In this document: in pieces, positions 22,823 to 29,469 of the stretch
Numbering within the stretch: the stretch's first letter is position 1
Layout of the letters: each line of letters starts with the position of its first letter
IMG/VR virus record: IMGVR_UViG_3300006734_000027
Span: 1-29,469 of that record
Strand: one strand, 5' to 3'
DNA from: a virus
Lineage: Duplodnaviria; Caudoviricetes
Length of the DNA: 29,469 bases
Notes under the pieces: model-generated
Told to the model about the DNA's origin: nothing
The model's database searches: none
What the model saw: the letters and a program-made list of their open reading frames with translations, nothing else
Position numbers and translations under genes: made by a program

Positions 22823-24103
22823 TTACGCTACAGACACTGGTTGCTTCTTCCCCAGCTTTCGGTTTTTCTCCCGTTTCTTAGCTGGTTTCTTAACGGTCTC
22901 AGGTTGGACCCCATGCTCCACTTGGTTCATTACATCCTCAAAGATCCCACCAAATTGAGACGCAACTGTGTCCCATGAGAATTGAGGGTCTGTTACGCGA
23001 TCCCAGCATCGTTCGCCCACATGCTGCAGATACGTACGGTCCTGGTACAGATCCTCCAGGATTTCAGCAAGGTGATCTGCTGACGGGCAGGGCATTTCCC
23101 TTGCGTAGTTGGTATCCACATCAACGTGGTCGCAACGGATCAGCTCGCCATAGCCTTCAAAGATCTCCTTGCAAGACGTATGGTCAGGTACCACCTGGGC
23201 CACAGCACAGGAAGCTTGTTCAAAGTTGACAAGCCCCCAGCCTTCGCCTTTGCAAGTGTTGACACCAACATCACAAGCGTTATAGATGGTGTTGAGCATG
23301 TCCACCGACACGTTCGGCGGCCCTTCCGTCTGTGTCGTCATGATGATGCGTCCATTGGGATCAAGACCAACACGAGACATCTCCCTGGCAAACACACCCA
23401 TCACATCCCAGCCCTGATCTTTTAGGCCCATGTGCAGGTACAGGCGTGCTTCTGGCTTATCAACTGCAAACTTGGCAAAACCCTGGATCGTAATGTCAAT
23501 CCGTTTACGGAATTGATTCCTGTTTCCGTTAAAGACAATAAATAAGTCTTCTTGGAGACCCAGTTTGCGACGACATTCTTTCTTGTCCATGGGGTAGAAC
23601 TGTCCTTGTGTCACACCATGTGGAATGACGGCAATGGGTTTGGTAATACCACCCCTCACAAATTCGTGCGCCCCAAATTCCGTGTAGGAGATGATGGCAT
23701 CCCAGTCGTTGGCAGTATCAGACAAGCAACCAATCCATCCATACGAATCCATGGGGGCATAACCCACAAATTTAAACTTGCCCTGTTTGTGCAGATCTTG
23801 GATCTGACGGTACTGTTCATTGATAATCCACATGTCATTGATCGTGAAAACAATATCTGGTTGCTCACGCTCGACAACTTCACGGATGCGTTGCTCACCG
23901 AAAGGTGCAGTTTGGAAACGATTGGAAGATGGATAAATCTTGAAGTCCCTCTGCTGTTCACATGGATCACCCCACCAGTTGTGACCAAGAACTACGATGT
24001 CAAAATCGTCCTTGAGGCGATAGATAACATTCTCGGTGACCCGAGCGAAACCGGTCATGGCGACGATGTCACCACACCAGAGGACTTTGGTTTTTTTACT
24101 CAT
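22823..24103 (-). CDS. GT-B glycosyltransferase (GT4-like)
   Basis: TGFARVT, VIPHGV, NRNQFRKRID, IYNACDVGVNT..GEGWGLVNFEQ, FSWD. Confidence 0.92.
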   Translation of the reverse strand: MSKKTKVLWCGDIVAMTGFARVTENVIYRLKDDFDIVVLGHNWWGDPCEQQRDFKIYPSSNRFQTAPFGEQRIREVVEREQPDIVFTINDMWIINEQYRQIQDLHKQGKFKFVGYAPMDSYGWIGCLSDTANDWDAIISYTEFGAHEFVRGGITKPIAVIPHGVTQGQFYPMDKKECRRKLGLQEDLFIVFNGNRNQFRKRIDITIQGFAKFAVDKPEARLYLHMGLKDQGWDVMGVFAREMSRVGLDPNGRIIMTTQTEGPPNVSVDMLNTIYNACDVGVNTCKGEGWGLVNFEQASCAVAQVVPDHTSCKEIFEGYGELIRCDHVDVDTNYAREMPCPSADHLAEILEDLYQDRTYLQHVGERCWDRVTDPQFSWDTVASQFGGIFEDVMNQVEHGVQPETVKKPAKKREKNRKLGKKQPVSVA

Positions 24104-24171
24104 TAAATCGAGTTACTCTTGATTCACTATACAGAAATTAAAGGGACGTAGACTAAAAAAAACTAAACAAC

Positions 24172-25065
24172 ATGGCCCAAACCGATCTAGCTGGTAAATT
24201 TATGCGCTTGCAACAAAATGATTTGTTTCAAGAAAGCATTGAAGGAATTATGGCTGGCGGTACTGCTGGCCTTAGTTTAATTGGCTCTGATACACCGGCC
24301 CCTCAAATTGTTTTACAAACACTTGGTGGAATTGCCGGCGGTATCGGCATTGGTTTACTGGGGAAAAACATTGGGGCAGCTATTGGGAAAAGATTGCATC
24401 CACAAGCTTTAAAAAGTCAAACAGGACCTTTAGCAACCTTTGGTAGAACCGCAGGTCAGAAAACATTGGCTGGCGGAGCTGCTGAAACAATGCGTTACGC
24501 AAAAGGTCAAATTAAGCAAGAGTTAAAACAACAAACATCGGCACAGCTTTTAAACGAAGCTTTGCAAAATCCACAGGCTTTTGGCGCTAAATACGGAGTA
24601 GATGCGGAAACTTTCAAGAAATATCACACCGCTGTAGGTGCAGCTGGTCAGGGACGCGCAGGGTTAGAGATGCTTGAAAACCTTTCCCCTGAGCAAAGAC
24701 AACAGATGGGTAAGAACGTTCAGGATTTAATGAATCAAGGTTTCAACCAAGTTGAAAATCTGATCAATGTACAAGCTGCCGCTAACATGGACAACAATAT
24801 AGCAAAGATGGCAATGCTTCAAAGAGGCAAGACAGTGCCAGGACTTGATCTTGACATTGGAGCTGCATTTGAATCTCTATTAAAAACACCAAAAGATATT
24901 ACGGGTGAACACGTTGGGCGTGCCGTAGGTCGTTTTGCAGGTGACGAAATTGGTGTTATTACTGGCATGGGTCTTGGTGGAGTTTTAGCAAATACCCTGG
25001 GAATCAAGTCAGAAAAAGATAAAAAGATTGAAGAACTAGAGGGTCGTTTGGCTGGGCGTTACTGA
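24172..25065 (+). CDS. Hypothetical G/A/Q-rich protein with glycine-zipper segments
   Basis: 297-aa ORF; GGIAGGIGIGLLG..IGAAIG and GVITGMGLGGVLA; TAGACT at 24149-24154. Confidence 0.75.
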   Translation: MAQTDLAGKFMRLQQNDLFQESIEGIMAGGTAGLSLIGSDTPAPQIVLQTLGGIAGGIGIGLLGKNIGAAIGKRLHPQALKSQTGPLATFGRTAGQKTLAGGAAETMRYAKGQIKQELKQQTSAQLLNEALQNPQAFGAKYGVDAETFKKYHTAVGAAGQGRAGLEMLENLSPEQRQQMGKNVQDLMNQGFNQVENLINVQAAANMDNNIAKMAMLQRGKTVPGLDLDIGAAFESLLKTPKDITGEHVGRAVGRFAGDEIGVITGMGLGGVLANTLGIKSEKDKKIEELEGRLAGRY

Positions 25066-25398
25066 ACGCACTAACTCTTTTTCTTCTGCGGTTTTAGCCT
25101 TCAGCTTTTCTTTCAAGAACTCTGCTGCACGATGCGTTTGCGTGGTATCTCCACAGGTGTAGAGATCAATAGCGCAATAGCCAATTTCTGGCCAGGTATG
25201 AATAGATGCGTGTGATTCCGATAGCAATGCTAGTAGCGTTACCCCTTGCGGCTTAAATTTCTCGCCAAAGATACGAAGGATGTTGGCTTTCGCCATGACA
25301 AGAGAAGCCTCAAGCAGTCGTTGAAGCTCCTCATAGTCATTCAGGATTATTGGATCACAATCGTATAGATCGAGGATGAGATGCCGCCCGTTGCTCAC
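25036..25398 (-). CDS. speD: S-adenosylmethionine decarboxylase proenzyme
   Basis: GRHLILDLYDC, F.PQGVT...LLSESHASIHTWPE.GYCAIDLYTCG. Confidence 0.96.
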   Translation of the reverse strand: MSNGRHLILDLYDCDPIILNDYEELQRLLEASLVMAKANILRIFGEKFKPQGVTLLALLSESHASIHTWPEIGYCAIDLYTCGDTTQTHRAAEFLKEKLKAKTAEEKELVRSVTPSQTTL

Positions 25399-28037
25399 AT
25401 GTCTGATGCGTTTTCATCCATTGTCGCACCAGTACATGCTTTTGGATCCACGCCGTATAGATAACGGTATTTATCGGGATCTGAGGCTACTTCAATGATG
25501 GAGGGATACCCTTCATATTTAGTGGGGTTTGACTCCCTGACTGCAGCATTAAATATCCCAAGCCCCCTCGATTGTTTCTTGCCGTAGATGTTTAATTTTA
25601 GCTGGTTTTTGCAGATGTCAAGGAACAGGACCTCAAATCGGCTGCGTCCCACAAAGCCTACGTTGCAACCACGGCAGAACTCGACGTAACTTGGATAGAG
25701 CCATTGTTGCCAATTCTTGTAATAATTACCAGAACCCTGCGCATGCTGACACGTACCAATAACAGCGCGAATCCCTGGATCAAAGACAATATGTTGATTC
25801 ATCCAGTCAAGCAATGGGTTGGAACGCAGACTTTGTTCTTTCTCGTATTTTTGGAAAAAGTCGACGTGACGTGCAGTTTCCATGAGGTATGAACGCATGT
25901 CATCTGCACTCATATCCAGAATCCAGTTCACAAGTCCTGGCAGCAGCGGAGCAAATTCACCTTGTGGATTACCTTTGCTGTCAAACTTGATCAGTTCTTT
26001 TTGTTCAGCTTGCCCGCCCGTGAACGGACGATCAAAAGGAATGGTGAGACGACGACGAGCAAGACCAGACGTGTAGTCAGTGGATTGGATGGCTTCATTG
26101 GCAGTAATGATAACCATCCCGTGGTATTGGAATGGATCTGCCGCATCACCTTGGTACTTACGCTCCGAACGGATCCAATCATTGCCAGTGATTGCTTTCA
26201 ACCTGGACACAGAACCACCCCAACGATCTGCGTCTTGGAACAGAAGAAGTTTTTTGCCCATGTAGGCCGCTGCTTCAAACCTGTTCTTCTCCATGTTTTC
26301 AAAGTCTGTGGAGTAGGTATTGTTCTTTCCAACCAATGCAACAGCAAGGTTTGCGTAGGTGGACTTACCTGATTTACCTGGGCCAACAATCTCTAAAAAC
26401 TTCTGGATCTCGTAGTTACCAAGCAGCGTTGCTCGTAGCCATGCCCGAAGCACCTGGGTACGATTCCAGGAATTATGTTGCGTGTGCTTCAACCATTTAA
26501 TGATTTCTTCACAGGTAGCCGATGGGTCATATTCGTACGGCATCTGCTGCGTCATATGCAGATTCCGATCGAATGGAAGAAGGGTACGTGTGTCTACTTC
26601 CAATACACCGTTGGTAAAGAGAAGGTAGTCGGATCCGTCATACCAATCATCAAACGGCACCAGTGCTTGGAGCTGTTTATAGATGTCCTCCATGAGGTTG
26701 TGATTGAACCCCCTGGGTAATGTGTCGGAGTATGTCAGTACTTGCAGCTTCTCGCGGATTGTCCCATACATATCGATTTTGGTCATCTTGGACCATAATC
26801 CTTCCGCTGGGTTGTATAAAAAGAACTGATTGTGCGGTTGACTAAAAAGGAGGTTCCCCATATACATACTGAGTACCTCATCCGCGATGACATTTGATGG
26901 CTGATTCCGCCCCCTTGCATCTTTTGGTTCTTTTGTCTTCTCTGGAGGCCACGCCGTCCGCTTTGAAGTGGATTGACGGGTACGCGTTGCAGGAGCTTCA
27001 AGTTCAGCCAGCTTTTCCATGTGTTCTAAGATCTCTTGCTCAAGTTCAGGGTGATGTTCCGCAATTGCATTTAGTGTCGCATCATCAACAGGAAGCGCCC
27101 GATAGTCCTCAGACGGAACCCAACCGTTCTCCTTCGCCGTATGGATCAGAGAACCAATCCCACGGCCACCACTTTTACTGAAGGAAAGCCAACGCTTGTG
27201 GCACTCACCATCTTTGTACTTATCGGATTGTTTGGACCATTCATCCCATTGATCCAACAGCGATTCGTCCAGGCTGTGGAGCGACTGACCGACCATGATC
27301 CAGATGTCGTAGTCATCCGCAGCTTCTGGCGGCATACCCCACATGGCTTCAGTGGCCAGCTGGATGTCTCGCTCCAAGCTGATGACGCTCTGAACAACGA
27401 AGTTCCCACCGACGATGCGTGAGACTTCCTGGGCTGGCTTCCCTTGCTTGGCGTTTTTGGTGATGATGCCATTCAGGATCCAGTCCGGGAGTTCAGGCAG
27501 CTTGTCCGCCCATTCAAAACCAAGCCCTTCTCCTGTGTAGTACCCATCTGTCTCTGGGTGAAGACCCATCAGCACACCCTGGTGCTTCTTCCAAAGGATC
27601 TCAAGCTTTTCTTTGTTTTCTTCAGCGTGCCAAATGTACTTGTTGCGAAGAAATTGCTTGTGCTTTTCCCTGCTTAGTTTGTAGAGTTTGCGTTCGCGGC
27701 CGATCTTGCCACTGAAGATGGTAAGGGTGGGAGGCAGCGCATCTTGTAAGGGGAGACTACTAATCTCTTCGATGAGTTTGTAGACGCTTGGTCCGTCAAC
27801 ATCAACCCAAACCAAACCATAAGGAAGGTTATAGGCAGGGCCGCCAAGTACGCCAATTGCTTTACAGTCACCTGTTGCTAGCTCCTCTTCAATTTCTTTG
27901 ACACTAAATGGTTTGTTCTGCCAGCCCTGGATGTAAGGATCTTTATTTGCACCGAGTGGAGTCAGTGGCCAGTCAATTGGGATGAGATCAATCCGAATTT
28001 CGCCGGGCTTAAGTGCTTGCTGGTTCTGACTTGTCAT
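25395..28037 (-). CDS. Primase-helicase (Prim-Pol N-terminus, PriCT-2, D5-like SF3 helicase)
   Basis: WVDVDG primase motif; DYDIWIMVGQSLH...WDEWS..SDKY..GEC.KRW.SF (PriCT-2); FTNGVL (D5_N); GPGKSGKST Walker A; LKAITG.D; RRR. Confidence 0.93.
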   Translation of the reverse strand: MTSQNQQALKPGEIRIDLIPIDWPLTPLGANKDPYIQGWQNKPFSVKEIEEELATGDCKAIGVLGGPAYNLPYGLVWVDVDGPSVYKLIEEISSLPLQDALPPTLTIFSGKIGRERKLYKLSREKHKQFLRNKYIWHAEENKEKLEILWKKHQGVLMGLHPETDGYYTGEGLGFEWADKLPELPDWILNGIITKNAKQGKPAQEVSRIVGGNFVVQSVISLERDIQLATEAMWGMPPEAADDYDIWIMVGQSLHSLDESLLDQWDEWSKQSDKYKDGECHKRWLSFSKSGGRGIGSLIHTAKENGWVPSEDYRALPVDDATLNAIAEHHPELEQEILEHMEKLAELEAPATRTRQSTSKRTAWPPEKTKEPKDARGRNQPSNVIADEVLSMYMGNLLFSQPHNQFFLYNPAEGLWSKMTKIDMYGTIREKLQVLTYSDTLPRGFNHNLMEDIYKQLQALVPFDDWYDGSDYLLFTNGVLEVDTRTLLPFDRNLHMTQQMPYEYDPSATCEEIIKWLKHTQHNSWNRTQVLRAWLRATLLGNYEIQKFLEIVGPGKSGKSTYANLAVALVGKNNTYSTDFENMEKNRFEAAAYMGKKLLLFQDADRWGGSVSRLKAITGNDWIRSERKYQGDAADPFQYHGMVIITANEAIQSTDYTSGLARRRLTIPFDRPFTGGQAEQKELIKFDSKGNPQGEFAPLLPGLVNWILDMSADDMRSYLMETARHVDFFQKYEKEQSLRSNPLLDWMNQHIVFDPGIRAVIGTCQHAQGSGNYYKNWQQWLYPSYVEFCRGCNVGFVGRSRFEVLFLDICKNQLKLNIYGKKQSRGLGIFNAAVRESNPTKYEGYPSIIEVASDPDKYRYLYGVDPKACTGATMDENASDM

Positions 28038-28222
28038 ACTTCCGCTTGCTGCAGGATTTCTACTTTAAGATCTTTCTCGGGGAATGAGCCTTCCTTTAGG
28101 ATGTTGTAGGCATGGAGATGCATTGTAGACGGAAGGACAAAAAGATCCCCATCAACCGCACTGTTCATGCGGCTTGAAAGGGTCTGCAGCCATTCGCCTA
28201 CGCCAATGACGTAGGTGCACAT
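28034..28222 (-). CDS. Hypothetical protein
   Basis: 62 aa; ATGA overlap with the primase start; TAAGAT upstream. Confidence 0.65.
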   Translation of the reverse strand: MCTYVIGVGEWLQTLSSRMNSAVDGDLFVLPSTMHLHAYNILKEGSFPEKDLKVEILQQAEV

Positions 28223-28284
28223 GGGAGTTGTTCGTTGTTCTTTTATCTTAGGCGGCCCAAACCATGCGGACCACCAAGAATGTA

Positions 28285-28476
28285 TTAAGTTCGTTGAGAC
28301 TCATTAGACTCAGCTTCTTTATATTTAGCCCTCTTATCAATTGCTTCAAATTCTTTCATCATCTTGTGATATAGCGCCACAGCATCCTCCCTGGTGACTA
28401 CCGCACGCTCACTTGCGATCTGCCATGCGAGACGCTTCCTGCACTCCATCTTGCCGTTGGGGTTGTATCTCGTCAT
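28285..28476 (-). CDS. Hypothetical protein
   Basis: MTRYNPNGKMECRKRLAWQIASE...; start uncertain. Confidence 0.55.
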   Translation of the reverse strand: MTRYNPNGKMECRKRLAWQIASERAVVTREDAVALYHKMMKEFEAIDKRAKYKEAESNESQRT

Positions 28477-28723
28477 TGTACCAAGGCGCACGCAGTTCCA
28501 TGGCCCCACCTAGCTTTTGGGATTCACCAGGCTGGAGCACAGAGTCAATCGGATACTCACGATAGATTGGTTTGTGTTGTTCTTCCCGTTCTATCTCAGA
28601 CTCAATCCGATTCTCAAGCTCTATCATATCGAGACGAGCTTTGAGCTTAGCCTCAAACCAGATGCGTTTCCACCACTTGATAGCAGCGTTAAGCGTGTCT
28701 TTCAAGATATTGTTTAGCTGCAT
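28409..28723 (-). CDS. Hypothetical protein; start lies within the 3' end of the EndoVII gene
   Basis: ...LNAAIKWWKRIWFEAKLKARLDMIELE...GGAMELRAPW; candidate ATGs at 28723 and 28744. Confidence 0.65.
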   Translation of the reverse strand: MQLNNILKDTLNAAIKWWKRIWFEAKLKARLDMIELENRIESEIEREEQHKPIYREYPIDSVLQPGESQKLGGAMELRAPWYNDEIQPQRQDGVQEASRMADRK

Positions 28724-29123
28724 CAAAAAGAAGCGGATCTTCATTTAACAATCCTATTGCACAGTTACATTTTCCACATAGCAAAGACCGCACTTTGTCA
28801 GTGTTATGACAATGATCAACTACAAATTTTTTTCCTACTCCACCAGGATCAGTTGTTTTACAGATAGCGCACATGCCGTTTTGTTCAGCAAACATTTGTT
28901 CATATTGTTTTAACGTGATTCCATAAAGTCTTTTGAGAGTTGTATTTCTTCTTGAGCGTTTTGCTTTTTCAGGATTGTTTTTAATCCATTCTTTGTTTTT
29001 TGCTCTTCTGCATGAATTGCACCAAGATGTTAAGCCTGTTTTATTTCTTGGATCTTTGTGAAACTCTTCGGGAGGTTTTGTTTCATTACATTTAGGACAT
29101 TTTTTGGAAAAATATTTAGTCAT
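28689..29123 (-). CDS. Endonuclease VII-family (putative homing) endonuclease
   Basis: KKCPKC..TKP.EEF, WCNSC, YGIT..QY..M..EQNG.CAIC, VDHCH.T.KVR.LLC..CN.AIG; strongly AT-rich. Confidence 0.92.
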   Translation of the reverse strand: MTKYFSKKCPKCNETKPPEEFHKDPRNKTGLTSWCNSCRRAKNKEWIKNNPEKAKRSRRNTTLKRLYGITLKQYEQMFAEQNGMCAICKTTDPGGVGKKFVVDHCHNTDKVRSLLCGKCNCAIGLLNEDPLLFDAAKQYLERHA

Positions 29124-29468
29124 TTAAATAAGATCCGGATCGTAGACACCACAGCGTTCGATTTGAGAGTAATACTCAGAAACCAATGCATACCAGTCAG
29201 TGTGCAAGCTATCCAAAAATTTACGAGAGATTTTAAATACCTGCGTTCTTACTGGCGTAGAGACCAAGATTGCCGCCTGCTGGACCTTCATGCCAAGGGT
29301 CTGGGTAATACCCAAGTCGTAAGCTGCGAGCTGTTTCAGCGTCTTCTTGAATTTAAGATGCCCACCTAGCAGGTCTCGCCATTCTTGCGATCCTTTCTCT
29401 AGGTCTTTCGGCCACTTTCTACTGTAAGGTTTTACGCTTGTTTTGAGGTCAGCAAGGGTTAGCTTTCC
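29124..29468 (-). CDS. PD-(D/E)XK exonuclease (Cas4/RecB-like), 3' part only
   Basis: Frame open from the window edge: GKLTLADLKTSVKPY...KQLAAYDLGITQTLGMKVQQAAILVS...DPDLI*; DLKT and QLAAY motifs. Confidence 0.85.
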   Translation of the reverse strand, partial: GKLTLADLKTSVKPYSRKWPKDLEKGSQEWRDLLGGHLKFKKTLKQLAAYDLGITQTLGMKVQQAAILVSTPVRTQVFKISRKFLDSLHTDWYALVSEYYSQIERCGVYDPDLI

Positions 29469-29469
29469 G

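Noticed and set aside
23552-27871. Numerous antisense and alternate-frame ORFs in the track (e.g. 23552..24106, 25962..26372, also 4152..4571 and 17666..18088)
   Set aside because: Shadows of well-supported genes, with no recognisable motifs or start signals.
29124-29468. Cas4-like nuclease as evidence of a CRISPR system
   Set aside because: Stand-alone PD-(D/E)XK exonucleases are common phage replication genes; no array is present.
1-29469. tRNA, rRNA, integrase/att sites, stop-codon reassignment
   Set aside because: No cloverleaf or rRNA-like segment or integrase was recognised by eye; long genes read through under the standard code and all three stops are used.

Overview
A 29.5-kb, gene-dense segment of a tailed phage genome, most likely a cyanophage: it carries an NblA-like gene and a CP12-like C-terminal motif. 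Plus-strand virion and lysis genes (four peptidoglycan hydrolases, a tail fibre with an S74 chaperone, several putative structural proteins) are interleaved with mostly minus-strand replication and metabolism genes (primase-helicase, PD-(D/E)XK exonuclease, dcd, speD, GT4 glycosyltransferase, Dam-like protein). No capsid, portal or terminase gene is recognisable here. The most striking observation is that at least two free-standing HNH endonuclease genes sit inside the 3' ends of host genes without introns or inteins. Each is preceded by a recoded replacement of the target's C-terminus, and the displaced original C-terminus is still readable just downstream of the nuclease. Other notable items: a circularly permuted M23 peptidase, a C-terminal tag shared by two unrelated hydrolases, nested repeats in a 950-aa protein, a symmetric ~190-bp inverted-repeat locus next to two degenerate HNH genes, and several small genes missed by the ORF track. 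All family calls come from motif recognition by eye; no searches were run.
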